DNA of 64,000 nucleotides. Origin: Deltaproteobacteria bacterium (GTDB taxonomy: Bacteria; Desulfobacterota; JBBIRW01). Each line of letters opens with the position of its first letter. The first letter of the stretch is position 1. Where the stretch lies: positions 43,297-107,296 of the forward strand of contig JBBIRW010000007.1 of NCBI GenBank assembly GCA_037441565.1, written 5' to 3'. The notes under the pieces were generated by a model that saw only the letters and a program-made list of their open reading frames with translations, searched no databases and was not told where the DNA came from. Shown here in pieces: positions 10,099 to 20,083 of this stretch. A program made the translations under genes and the position numbers.

Positions 10099-12090
10099 CT
10101 AACTCATAACAATCCTTGCATCAAGCACTTTATATCCCTTTTCAAAGGATGCCACAGGGTTCAGATCTATCTCATCAATGGATTGATCCTCCATCATGAT
10201 CTTCGAAATCTCAACAATAAGATTAGCTAATGCCCCTTTATCCCTCATCCCCTTTCCTCTAAAATCATGTAGAACCTTTGATCCCTTAATCTCATCGATC
10301 ATTTCGAGTGCATCCCTTTCACTCAGAGGCGCAATCCTGAATGAAACATCGCGTATCACCTCTACCATTATGCCACCCAGACCAAACATCGCAACAGGCC
10401 CAAACTGCTGATCCCTGAAGGCACCTACTATTACCTCGACATCAGATTTCACCATCTCCGATATGAGTAAACCATCCGTTTCCAAGCCAAGTGAGATCAG
10501 TTTTGAAAAGCCACTTCTTAGAGCAATATCGTCCCTTATATCGAGAATAACTCCTCCAACATCACTCTTATGACTGACCGATTTTGAATTTATCTTCAAT
10601 ACAACAGGATAACCAACATTTGATGCAAAGGACAATGCATCTTCCAGAGTGCTTACCTTAAAGCTATTTGCAGTAATAATACCCCTTGATGAGAGAAATT
10701 GAAGTGCCTCATAAGGTGAAAGAAGTTTTTTCCCCTTCGCTGTGGGCGTAACCTTTGGAATCGTGATTGTCTTTTTCCTTGTTGGTAAATGATGTGAGGC
10801 TGCCTTTATCCCTCTCTCAGGTGTTGGAAACACAGCAACCTTGTTCATGTGCATAATCTCCTTCTCCCTTCTTTCCACATCAGCTCCTCCGAGGAATATC
10901 ACAAGCTCACAACGATCCCTGTTTACAACAGATGAAGCATTCTCTATGGGATCGCCAAAAATAATGGTAACAATATCGTAATATGGAGCTGCCTCCTGGA
11001 TCACTCTTTTGTATGTTTGAGCATCAGCATCACCTGTAAGATCCAGTGGATTTGATATGATAAAGTGTGGAGGAAGCATCTCCCTCAATTTCTTCTCCAG
11101 TTCCTCTGGAAGAGGAGCTACATCAAATCCACACTCTTCAGCAGTGTCAGTCGCAATAATGCCAGAGCCCCCGGAGCTCGTTACAATAAGCATCCTTCTC
11201 CCCTCTGGCTTCTTAACATAAGCAAGTGCCTTGGAGATATCGTAAAGCTCTTCAAGATCCAACGCCCTATGTATACTAAACTGCTTGAATAATGCATCGT
11301 AAACCTCATCCCTTCCAGCAAGCGATTTTGTGTGCGATTCTGCAGCTATAATTCCTCTTTCTGTCCTTCCAGATTTTAATATTACAATGGGTTTTCTACA
11401 GTTCTTCATCACACGGAGAAATTTCTCTGCATCTTTAATACCTTCAATATACAGTGCTATCACTTTTGTGTTTGTATCCTGGGAAAAATATTCTATAAGA
11501 TCCGATTCATCAACATCTGCCCTGTTTCCCATACTTACAAATGCAGAAAAGCCCAGTTTTTCCTGAGATGCCCAGTCGATAAGTGCTGCACCAACAGTTC
11601 CACTCTGTGAAATGATTGCAATATCACCTCTCAGTGTTATCAATGGCCAGGATGCGCAAAGGTGATGGTACGGGTAATTAACACCCTGACAGTTTGGACC
11701 GATCAGCCTCATACCGAAATCCCGCGCATTCCTCAACACATCCTGCTGCAGAACCTCTCCTTCCCTTCCTGCCTCACTGAAACCACCTGTTATGATGATT
11801 GATGCCTTTACCCCCCTTTTTCCACAGCGCATAATCGCATCGGGGACAGCCTTCGCCGGAATTATAATAACAGCAAGATCAACACCCTCCGGCAGTTCAT
11901 CAACAGACCGCAGGCTTCTTTTCCCCAGTATCTCCTCTCCTTTCGGGTTTACCGGAAAAACCTCCCCCTGAAAACCTGCATCGAGTATGTTTTTAAAAAT
12001 TTTGTATCCGAATTTTTCCGGATTACTGGATGCACCAACTACTGCGATACGATCAGGTCTGAAAATGCAATCAAGCTCGTGTCTGCTCAT
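10099..12090 (-). CDS. acd: acetyl-CoA synthetase (ADP-forming), fused alpha/beta
   Basis: 663 aa; N-terminal CoA-binding domain (IAVVGASSNPEKFGYKIF), succinyl-CoA-synthetase-like flavodoxin domain, C-terminal ATP-grasp. Confidence 0.85.
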   Translation of the reverse strand: MSRHELDCIFRPDRIAVVGASSNPEKFGYKIFKNILDAGFQGEVFPVNPKGEEILGKRSLRSVDELPEGVDLAVIIIPAKAVPDAIMRCGKRGVKASIIITGGFSEAGREGEVLQQDVLRNARDFGMRLIGPNCQGVNYPYHHLCASWPLITLRGDIAIISQSGTVGAALIDWASQEKLGFSAFVSMGNRADVDESDLIEYFSQDTNTKVIALYIEGIKDAEKFLRVMKNCRKPIVILKSGRTERGIIAAESHTKSLAGRDEVYDALFKQFSIHRALDLEELYDISKALAYVKKPEGRRMLIVTSSGGSGIIATDTAEECGFDVAPLPEELEKKLREMLPPHFIISNPLDLTGDADAQTYKRVIQEAAPYYDIVTIIFGDPIENASSVVNRDRCELVIFLGGADVERREKEIMHMNKVAVFPTPERGIKAASHHLPTRKKTITIPKVTPTAKGKKLLSPYEALQFLSSRGIITANSFKVSTLEDALSFASNVGYPVVLKINSKSVSHKSDVGGVILDIRDDIALRSGFSKLISLGLETDGLLISEMVKSDVEVIVGAFRDQQFGPVAMFGLGGIMVEVIRDVSFRIAPLSERDALEMIDEIKGSKVLHDFRGKGMRDKGALANLIVEISKIMMEDQSIDEIDLNPVASFEKGYKVLDARIVMS

Positions 12091-12099
12091 ATGGACCTC

Positions 12100-13347
12100 C
12101 TAAATTAATAATTTCATGGAGGCATTCAAGATTTTCCCATAGTTGAGAGTGGATCTATGAAGGACCTCCTTCCAGATACCGAGACCTATACCCCTCTTTG
12201 ATAGTGTATATAAAATACCGGCATCCGAGGACGCATTCAAGAATAAGCCACCGATAATCCTGTCATCCCTGAAAACCAACTTCCTGTAAATGAGCCCTTC
12301 ACTGTTTTCATAAACCCTGAAATCGTCTTCATCTTCAATATATCCAAAGGATGCTATCTCAAGATTAAAAACTCTAAGTGTGCTCCAGGGAATGGCTCCT
12401 TCATATAAAAAATCATTCCCAGCCATATTTTCACCTGCAACCTTCCCCTGTTCCACTGCGATACTCCATAGCCCGTGAACTTCCTTTCTGCCCGTTATCA
12501 TATCAGTTGACTCAGCAACATCCCCTGCTGCAAATATGTTATTAATGCTGCTCCTCATCCTCTCATCAACAACAATTCCCTTTCCTGTTTGCACTCTCTC
12601 TCCTGTGAATTCGGGAAAATTCGGTTTTGCGCCAACAGCAACAATAACTGCATCAACAACAATTTCATCACCACCTGAAAGAATTACCATGTTTTTCCTT
12701 CCTCTTCTCTTTATTTCCATAACCCTTTCTTTTTTTCTTAAGTGAATGCCAATGCCCTTCAGGAAATCCTCGATTATATTGGAAAGCCTTCTGTCAGCAA
12801 TTCTTGAGAGCAGCTGTTCTGTTGCTTCAATAATATATACCTCCTTCCCTTGATTGATGAATGCCTGCATTGCCTGGATACCAATAAGTCCGCCTCCGAT
12901 AATCGCAACACTCTCTATCCTTCCAATCCTCCTTTTTATCCTCTTTACATCATCAAGACTCCAGAACGTATATAAATCTTTTCCGCTGATACCTGGTATA
13001 TCAGGAATAATGGGAGAAGCTCCTGTTGCAATGAGTAACTGGTCAAATGAAATTTCCTTGCTGCTGTCAATGAAAATTTTTGATCGCAAAGGATCGATAG
13101 AGAGAACTTTTCCATTTATGTATTTTACTTTCTGATCTTTGAAAAAGGATCTATCCCTTATATAAAGCACATCTTCAGTTATAGAATCATCAAGGAAGTA
13201 GTGGAGAAAGACCCTTGTGTATGGTGGGTATTTTTCCTTTGTAATAAGTATTACTTCCGAATGTTTGTCATGGAGTCTGAAGCTCTCAAGGGCACTTAAA
13301 CCTGCTGCGCTCTGACCGATAATAACAACCCTTTTTGCGCCCTTCAT
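12100..13347 (-). CDS. FAD/NAD(P)-binding pyridine-nucleotide-disulfide-family oxidoreductase (AorC-like)
   Basis: 415 aa; two Rossmann dinucleotide motifs (VIIGQSAAG, VAIIGGGLIG); 4-nt overlap with the upstream AOR gene. Confidence 0.7.
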   Translation of the reverse strand: MKGAKRVVIIGQSAAGLSALESFRLHDKHSEVILITKEKYPPYTRVFLHYFLDDSITEDVLYIRDRSFFKDQKVKYINGKVLSIDPLRSKIFIDSSKEISFDQLLIATGASPIIPDIPGISGKDLYTFWSLDDVKRIKRRIGRIESVAIIGGGLIGIQAMQAFINQGKEVYIIEATEQLLSRIADRRLSNIIEDFLKGIGIHLRKKERVMEIKRRGRKNMVILSGGDEIVVDAVIVAVGAKPNFPEFTGERVQTGKGIVVDERMRSSINNIFAAGDVAESTDMITGRKEVHGLWSIAVEQGKVAGENMAGNDFLYEGAIPWSTLRVFNLEIASFGYIEDEDDFRVYENSEGLIYRKLVFRDDRIIGGLFLNASSDAGILYTLSKRGIGLGIWKEVLHRSTLNYGKILNASMKLLI

Positions 13348-15149
13348 CCACTCAGACCAAGCCTCCTTAATGTTTCTTCCCTGGGAATGCCATTCTCATC
13401 CCACCCTCTTATTTCATAGTAACTATTGAGCATAGGATCAAGCTCAACCACCTGCCCCTTAGCTGCACCTGAAGGGAGTGGTTCCATCAAGAATCTTGGT
13501 GGAAGGGTGTCGTCCCTCCTGCTGAATCCACATCGGATGTTAAATAACCTTTCAAGATTCCAGATCCTTTCCCCGATAATTGAGATCTCCTCAGATGTAT
13601 AATTAAATCCTGTTGCTGTATTGAGAAGATTCAGTATATCCTTCTGCCCTATTGCAAATGTGCTGAAAATGCAAAGACCTGTTGAATCCACAACAGATGT
13701 ATAATCCTGAAATCCCTTTACCCAGTTATGCTTCCCCTCAATTGCAAAGGGATCGAGCTTCTCCGGAAGGCCAAGTATTTCAGGTGAAATCGTATAGCTT
13801 CTTAAATGGCATGCTCCCCTGTTTGCAGTTGCATATCCGAGACCCATCCCTTTTGCCCCCCTTGGATCATATGCAGCAAGTTCCTGTCGTTTTACTGTTA
13901 TGGATAACTCAGGATATCCAAAGCGCTCCGCCATCCTGTATGAGCCCTCAGCAAGGATATCGCCAAAACCCTCCCTCTTTCCTATCATCTTTATGAGATT
14001 TATCAGAAGATCTGCATCACCAAATCTCAGTGGAAGACCTGCTGTTTTTTCATCTATATTTCCCTTCTCAAACAGTTCCATTGCGCATGATATTGTTGCA
14101 CCTGCAGATATAGGATCAATCCCAAGTTCATTGCACAAATAGTTAGCCTTTGCAATTGCTTCAAGGTCAGATACACCAACACATGACCCGAGACCAAATA
14201 TGTTTTCATACTCGGGTCCTTCACCCTTCATCTTATGACCATCAGTTTTTACTTCAGTTATCCTGCCACACCCTATGCTGCATGCAAAGCATGCCTTGTT
14301 TCTGATGAGAATAGTCTCTGCCATGGTTTCGCCACTTATCTTTGATGCTTCTTCAAAAACACCTCTTTGAAAGTTATTTGTTGGAAAGAGACCGCACTCA
14401 TTAATTATATTAACAAGTATTGCAGTTCCATATGCAGGAAGCCCTTTTGATGTAACAGGGGATGCATATATCTTTTCATTTGCTGCCTTCACAGCCTGCA
14501 GGAACCCATCAGGATCAAAAACCTTTATCCCCCGTGATCCCCTCACTGCAATCGCCTTCAAGTTCTTTGACCCCATTACAGCACCAACACCAGATCTACC
14601 TGCAGCCCTGTGTTTATCATTTATTATGGACGAGAACCTCACGAGTTTCTCACCTGCAGGACCGATACTTGCTATCTTTGCATCAGGATCCGTCTCATCT
14701 CTTATGATATCCTCTGTTTGATGTGTGCTCTTCATAATCAACTTTTCCGCATTTCTTATCTCAACCTTTCCATTCTTTATCCATAAATAAACAGGACTCT
14801 GTGATTTCCCTTCCACGATCAAAGCATCATAGCCTGCAAACTTTAATTCCGGACCAAAGTATCCACCAGAATTTGAGCATGCGATTGTTCCTGTCAACGG
14901 TGATTTTGTAACAACCATATATCTTCCACCAGTGGGAGCAAGGGTAGCTGTAAGGGGTCCAGTAACTATAATAAGTTTGTTTCTTTCATCAAATGGATCA
15001 ATTGCGGGATCTATTTCATCAAAAAGGAGCTTGCTTCCAAAACCCCTTCCCCCGATAAACTTCCTCGCAACATCATAATTTATCTCCTCCTCTCTTATAT
15101 CTCCGCTGGAAAGATCGACCCTTAAAATCCTTCCTGCATAACCCCTCAT
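13344..15149 (-). CDS. aor: tungsten-containing aldehyde:ferredoxin oxidoreductase family catalytic subunit (AorB-like)
   Basis: 601 aa; typical AOR N-terminus (MRGYAGRILRVDLSSG...GGRGFGSKLL) and conserved pterin/FeS segments. Confidence 0.9.
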   Translation of the reverse strand: MRGYAGRILRVDLSSGDIREEEINYDVARKFIGGRGFGSKLLFDEIDPAIDPFDERNKLIIVTGPLTATLAPTGGRYMVVTKSPLTGTIACSNSGGYFGPELKFAGYDALIVEGKSQSPVYLWIKNGKVEIRNAEKLIMKSTHQTEDIIRDETDPDAKIASIGPAGEKLVRFSSIINDKHRAAGRSGVGAVMGSKNLKAIAVRGSRGIKVFDPDGFLQAVKAANEKIYASPVTSKGLPAYGTAILVNIINECGLFPTNNFQRGVFEEASKISGETMAETILIRNKACFACSIGCGRITEVKTDGHKMKGEGPEYENIFGLGSCVGVSDLEAIAKANYLCNELGIDPISAGATISCAMELFEKGNIDEKTAGLPLRFGDADLLINLIKMIGKREGFGDILAEGSYRMAERFGYPELSITVKRQELAAYDPRGAKGMGLGYATANRGACHLRSYTISPEILGLPEKLDPFAIEGKHNWVKGFQDYTSVVDSTGLCIFSTFAIGQKDILNLLNTATGFNYTSEEISIIGERIWNLERLFNIRCGFSRRDDTLPPRFLMEPLPSGAAKGQVVELDPMLNSYYEIRGWDENGIPREETLRRLGLSG

Positions 15150-15628
15150 TTTTGCACCTCCCTGTATGCATCCATAAGTTTCATGCTGTAAATCTTCCTC
15201 TTCCGCTGAAGTGTTAGATCTTCCTCCCTGTATTCAATAGCCTTCGTAGGACATATCCTTGCGCAGGCAGGATTACCCCTGCAGAGATCGCATTTGAATA
15301 CCTTGCCTTTCTCGGGGGAATAAAACATAACACCAAAAGGACACGCCATGGTACACATCCTGCAACCCGTGCATCTTGTTTCATTTAATTCAACAATACC
15401 CAGTTCACGATTTCTTGTTAGAGCAACAGATGGGCATACTTTCAAACACCATGCCTCATCACACTGGTAGCATACCACAGGTATGTAGAATGCCTCCTCG
15501 AGGAGCACAACCTCCCTGATACATGATTTTTCAGGGTTGAATTCACGAAATTTTTCAAAGGAGCAGGCAAGTTCACAAAGCCTGCAAGCGGTGCATTTTG
15601 AAGGATCGATCTGAAGAAAGGCAGGCAT
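15146..15628 (-). CDS. ferredoxin with four [4Fe-4S] motifs (AorA-like electron-transfer subunit)
   Basis: 160 aa with four Cys clusters (CTACRLCELAC, CYQCDEAWCLKVCP, CTGCRMCTMACP, CDLCRGNPACARICP); 4-nt overlap with aor. Confidence 0.8.
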   Translation of the reverse strand: MPAFLQIDPSKCTACRLCELACSFEKFREFNPEKSCIREVVLLEEAFYIPVVCYQCDEAWCLKVCPSVALTRNRELGIVELNETRCTGCRMCTMACPFGVMFYSPEKGKVFKCDLCRGNPACARICPTKAIEYREEDLTLQRKRKIYSMKLMDAYREVQK

Positions 15629-15708
15629 GGGGTCCTCCTTTTAAAACCATTTTCTATTTTCAAGAATTATACATTTTAATCCCGCCCCTTACCAGAATTT
15701 TCTTTTAA

Positions 15709-16362
15709 TTAAAAATCCTTTGATCTATCAATAATTATAACCTGGTAACCTTTTGATGCTAACTTTGTAGCCGTTGACCTTGCCTTTCCATAATCGCTGA
15801 AGAATCCAACCCTTACCCTGTAGAAGGTCCTCCCACCTATGACCTTCTCCTCCATATAAGCACCTTTGAACTCGACCTCAAGCTCATTCTTAAGTCTCAC
15901 TGCATACTCGTATGATATGAATGATCCCACCTGAAGTGTGTATCTCTCCTTTTTAATACTCTCGGACTCAAGGGATGAAGGAACACTCACAGGTTGAACG
16001 ATCACAGGAACAACACCCTTACCAATCATTTCAAGTTGTTTCGCAGCTGCATAGGAAAGGTCAATTATTCTCCCTTCTACAAAAGGTCCAAAATCATTTA
16101 TCCTAACAACAACGCTCTTTCCATTCTCAAGATTTGTTACCATTGCATAGCTACCCAGAGGAATTGTTCTTGATGCTGCTGTCAATTCATACATATCGAA
16201 TACCTCACCGGAAGCTGTTCTCTTTCCATGGAATCCCGGTCCGTACCATGATGCATACCCTCTTTCTTCATAAGGAACAACAGGTTTGTATCTGATTAAA
16301 GAACAGGAACTGAAAAAAACAGCAAGGAGAATCAAAAAGGTGGTATTGATTTTCATCCTCAA
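15709..16362 (-). CDS. rlpA: septal ring lytic transglycosylase RlpA family protein (DPBB + SPOR domains)
   Basis: 217 aa; signal/lipobox, DPBB motif [17 protein letters not shown]-terminal SPOR-like domain. Confidence 0.8.
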   Translation of the reverse strand: MRMKINTTFLILLAVFFSSCSLIRYKPVVPYEERGYASWYGPGFHGKRTASGEVFDMYELTAASRTIPLGSYAMVTNLENGKSVVVRINDFGPFVEGRIIDLSYAAAKQLEMIGKGVVPVIVQPVSVPSSLESESIKKERYTLQVGSFISYEYAVRLKNELEVEFKGAYMEEKVIGGRTFYRVRVGFFSDYGKARSTATKLASKGYQVIIIDRSKDF

Positions 16363-16426
16363 ATATTTACTTTTACGGAAGGATTTTCGTATATAATATA
16401 ATTAAAGTCCGTATAAGAAAAGAAAA

Positions 16427-17113
16427 TTGATGAAAAACAAGGCCCTTTCTTTTATCTATCTTAAAAAGGCACTTTCCATGATCGAAAGCGGAGATTATTC
16501 ACAAGCTGTTGATCTGCTCCAGGAGGCAATTCATTACAATCCCGACTGTTTTGAGGCACATATGAATCTTGGAATAATCTATCACAGGATGCAGAAGTAT
16601 AATCTTGCAATAGATGAATTCCTCGAGGCAATTCGTATAAATCCTGATGCCTCTGCGGGCCATCTCTGCCTCGGTATAGCCTATTCAGACAATGGTCAGC
16701 TCAGTGAAGCCCTTGGAGAGCTAAATGAGGCCCTCCGAATTTCCCCTACAGCCGAGGTCTATACAAACCTTGGTGTTGTCTTTCTACGTATGGGGATGCT
16801 TGATGAAGCCCTGAATGCACAGATGAACGCAGTAAAACTTGATCCAGGACATTTTCTTGCATACTATAATATGGGCGTTATTTATAGCATGAGGGATGAG
16901 CATGAGTATGCCATCAGGGCGTTCGAAAGGGCAAAGGATATAAGGCCAAATTCTATCATTGCAAAGGTAAATCTCGGCGTTGCATATGCAAGGGTTGGAA
17001 GATTGAATGATGCGCTGTCTGAATTTCAGGATGTCCTTGAACTTGATCCTGAAAATCTCCTTGCAAGAAAAAATATAGAGATACTGAAAAGGGAGATAGG
17101 AAAACAAAACTGA
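16427..17113 (+). CDS. tetratricopeptide-repeat protein
   Basis: 228 aa; tandem 34-residue TPR units (repeated A..Y/F..G..Y...A pattern). Confidence 0.8.
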   Translation: MMKNKALSFIYLKKALSMIESGDYSQAVDLLQEAIHYNPDCFEAHMNLGIIYHRMQKYNLAIDEFLEAIRINPDASAGHLCLGIAYSDNGQLSEALGELNEALRISPTAEVYTNLGVVFLRMGMLDEALNAQMNAVKLDPGHFLAYYNMGVIYSMRDEHEYAIRAFERAKDIRPNSIIAKVNLGVAYARVGRLNDALSEFQDVLELDPENLLARKNIEILKREIGKQN

Positions 17114-17246
17114 ATTCTTTAAAGGAACCAGGTGGGGATCTTGTCTTTTACAGCAAAAAGTGAAATAAAGTTCGGAATGAAATTGTCGGCGGATCTTAAA
17201 CTACGGTAAAGAGGATCGATAGGATTTTATTCGGGGAAAGGAAGGT

Positions 17247-18476
17247 TTGAAAAAAAGGCAAATTCTTTTATATGCTGTTATTTTTTTGTTCACATTCTCC
17301 TGTCCCGTTCCATGGGTTGTCGTAAGATTCCTTAATTATCATCCGGGAGCCTTTGCTGAGGTCCTTTTAAGCGGGCTTGCAATTGTAGGTGCATCTTTTC
17401 TCATCTCTTGGGCATCTGAACTCGCGCAGTTTGATCTGTCAAGATCCTTTGCAATGGCATTAATTGCATTGATTGCTGTTTTCCCTGAATATGCAGTTGA
17501 TATATACCTTGCCTGGAGTGCAGGAAAGGATTCCCATTATATCCCCCTTGTTTCAGCAAATATGACAGGCGCAAACAGACTGCTCATAGGAATTGGATGG
17601 TCCGTTACCACATTCCTGAGCTGGTGGGCACTCCGATCAAGGGGAAAGATCAACAGGTATACATTCCATATACTCCTTGAAAAGGATCTCTTCACAGAGA
17701 TAGGTTTTTTGAGTATCGCAACATTTTACTGTTTTATCCTTCCCATCAAAGGAACTATTTCGCTTCTGGATACAGTTCTCCTCTCGTCCATATTTTTCCT
17801 CTACATACTAACTGCCCTGCGTATGCCTCATAAAGAGCCTGAAATAGAGGGTATGCTCCACCTGTTTTCCATGCTTAAACCACTATGGAGGAGGATTGTG
17901 ATCATTACGATATTTATATACTCCGCCTCCATAATATTTATATCAACGGAGCCCTTTGCAGAAGGTCTGATAGATATAGGGAAGATGGCTGGAGTTGATG
18001 AATTCTTACTCATCCAGTGGATTGCCCCACTTGCATCAGAATCGCCCGAACTCATAATAATCTCCTACTTTGCCCTGAAGGGTTTCTCAACATCATCGAT
18101 GACAACTGTGATATCTTCAAAGATCAACCAGTGGACATTACTTATTGCTTCCCTTCCGCTTGCCTTCAGCATATCCTCAGGAGGCCCATCCTCGATCCCA
18201 CTTCTGGAAAGGGCAAGGGAGGAGGTCTTGCTTACAGCTGCGCAATCCCTTTTTGCATTGAGCATACTGATAAACCTCAGAATCTCCATCCTTGAGGTTA
18301 CAGCCCTCTTCATGCTCTTTGTAACTCAGCTTTTTGTTACATCGGTTCATAATCGCTACATATACTCTTCTATCTACCTGGCCCTTTCTACCATCATAAT
18401 ACTCAAACAGAAGAACCACTTCTTTGAACTTTTCAGGTATCTCAAAAGGAATCTCTTTTACCGTGAAATGCATTAA
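17247..18476 (+). CDS. CaCA-family cation/Ca2+ exchanger-like membrane protein
   Basis: 409 aa polytopic membrane protein with two alpha-repeat-like segments (IAVFPEYAVD and LASESPELII). Confidence 0.55.
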   Translation: MKKRQILLYAVIFLFTFSCPVPWVVVRFLNYHPGAFAEVLLSGLAIVGASFLISWASELAQFDLSRSFAMALIALIAVFPEYAVDIYLAWSAGKDSHYIPLVSANMTGANRLLIGIGWSVTTFLSWWALRSRGKINRYTFHILLEKDLFTEIGFLSIATFYCFILPIKGTISLLDTVLLSSIFFLYILTALRMPHKEPEIEGMLHLFSMLKPLWRRIVIITIFIYSASIIFISTEPFAEGLIDIGKMAGVDEFLLIQWIAPLASESPELIIISYFALKGFSTSSMTTVISSKINQWTLLIASLPLAFSISSGGPSSIPLLERAREEVLLTAAQSLFALSILINLRISILEVTALFMLFVTQLFVTSVHNRYIYSSIYLALSTIIILKQKNHFFELFRYLKRNLFYREMH

Positions 18477-19294
18477 AAACAGAAAATCGCTTTTTTGTTA
18501 ATCTCATGATGGGCACACCTTTCTCTGAAAATTGCCTTTATCCTCTTTGCATAAAGCCTTCTTATATTAATGTCATAAAGCACACCCCTCATATTATCCA
18601 AGGCGCGAGGGTATCTACTAAGAAGGACCCCCTTCATCGATGACCAGATCTGCCAGTGAGGGTTCATTATATCAACAAAGAAGAAATCAACACCTGTGCC
18701 TTTCACAAGTTCTACCATTGCATCAATTTCATCCCTGGTGTCAGAAATACCTGGAAGGAGAGGACCGAAAAATATGTAGGTCTTAAGACCAGCTGACCTT
18801 AATTCTTTTAAAACAGCTACTCTATCAAATACAGATGAGGCATGTGGTTCAAAATCCTTCCGCACAGAATCATTAAGCGTTGTTATCGTTACACCTATCT
18901 CACAGTTCCTGTATCCTGATAGAATATCCATATCCCTTATAATAAGGGAACTTTTTGTGAGTATCCTTACAGGAAAGCCATGTTCTTTTAAGATCTCCAG
19001 ACATCTTCTCGTCAAACTGAACTTCTCCTCAAGCGGTTGCCACCCATCACACACACTGCTTATAAAAACTGTTCCTCTTCTCGATTTTACAATCTCTCTT
19101 TTAAGCACATCGGGTGCATTTATTTTTACATCGACAAAGCTTCCCCATGGATCTGTATATCCTTTAAACTTCATCATGAAACGTGCGTAGCAGTAGATAC
19201 ATCCATGCTGGCATCCGGTATAACAATTTATGGTATAATCGGCAAGCGCAGATCTCGTAAGGATGGACCTGCAGATGACTTCCTTAATCTTCAT
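18473..19294 (-). CDS. radical SAM protein, SplB-like (paralog of 9104-10096)
   Basis: 273 aa; CxxxCxxC motif (CQHGCIYCYA). Confidence 0.7.
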   Translation of the reverse strand: MKIKEVICRSILTRSALADYTINCYTGCQHGCIYCYARFMMKFKGYTDPWGSFVDVKINAPDVLKREIVKSRRGTVFISSVCDGWQPLEEKFSLTRRCLEILKEHGFPVRILTKSSLIIRDMDILSGYRNCEIGVTITTLNDSVRKDFEPHASSVFDRVAVLKELRSAGLKTYIFFGPLLPGISDTRDEIDAMVELVKGTGVDFFFVDIMNPHWQIWSSMKGVLLSRYPRALDNMRGVLYDINIRRLYAKRIKAIFRERCAHHEINKKAIFCF

Positions 19295-19389
19295 ATCAGT
19301 AATATTATGTTAAATATGGAGATCCTTCAAGGAGCGGGCTTTACATCTTAAAAAAATTTTTTTATAAGCCAGGTCCCCAGGCAATTAAA

Positions 19390-19650
19390 ATGGAAAGAGA
19401 TAATATTAAAGCATCCCCCGGAAAATCGATCCCTTTATGGAAAATCATTTCAGGCATAATACTTATCTGGATAAGCTTTCTCATATATCCTTTATATGCA
19501 GTCATCCCTTTCCTCCCTTTTTCCTCAACCATAAAGATTGTAGTAGCAACTGCAGGTTTTTTAATAAGCTGGGCACTTTTCTCAGCAGGTGTATTCCTTG
19601 CCGGTAAGGGATGGTGGCAGTGGATATCTAAAAGAAAAGGATGGTTTTGA
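19390..19650 (+). CDS. small membrane protein, unknown function
   Basis: 86 aa with two predicted TM helices; no recognisable motif. Confidence 0.4.
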   Translation: MERDNIKASPGKSIPLWKIISGIILIWISFLIYPLYAVIPFLPFSSTIKIVVATAGFLISWALFSAGVFLAGKGWWQWISKRKGWF

Positions 19651-19695
19651 TATGAGTAGTTGTGATCATGTGGTATACTTACTAAAAATGATGGA

Positions 19696-20073
19696 ATGGA
19701 TGTAATAATGGATAAGAAAGAGCAGATATTTCACGACTGGATGGTAGAACACCTTGCAGAAAGACTCTCACGGGATTTCAATGACATAAAGGTAAATGTG
19801 ACAGGGATGAAAAAGCATGAGATCAAGGGGTATTTTCCGGATCTTATCCTTGGAAATTATGGTGTAACCCTGGCTGTTATGGAAGTTGAAACTGCCCATT
19901 CTATAGACCCTGAAAAGATATCACAGTGGAAGAGTCTCTCACATCTTGGGGTAAAGCTCATTATTATGATCCCGAAGGATCTTAAAAGCAAAGTTATGGA
20001 TATATTATGGAAGGAAGCGCTGGTCAGTAAGGTTTCGCTGGGAACATATGATATAAATATCAATATACCTTAA
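19696..20073 (+). CDS. hypothetical protein
   Basis: 125 aa soluble ORF in coding-like context; contains FPDLILGN...VMEVE, a weak PD-(D/E)xK-like pattern. Confidence 0.45.
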   Translation: MDVIMDKKEQIFHDWMVEHLAERLSRDFNDIKVNVTGMKKHEIKGYFPDLILGNYGVTLAVMEVETAHSIDPEKISQWKSLSHLGVKLIIMIPKDLKSKVMDILWKEALVSKVSLGTYDININIP

Positions 20074-20083
20074 AGATCCATCT

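Noticed and set aside
17114-17246. Intergenic region with a GTTCGGAATG-like segment, examined for a tRNA
   Set aside because: No acceptor-stem/T-arm pairing consistent with a cloverleaf could be built by eye; no other intergenic region showed tRNA-like structure.
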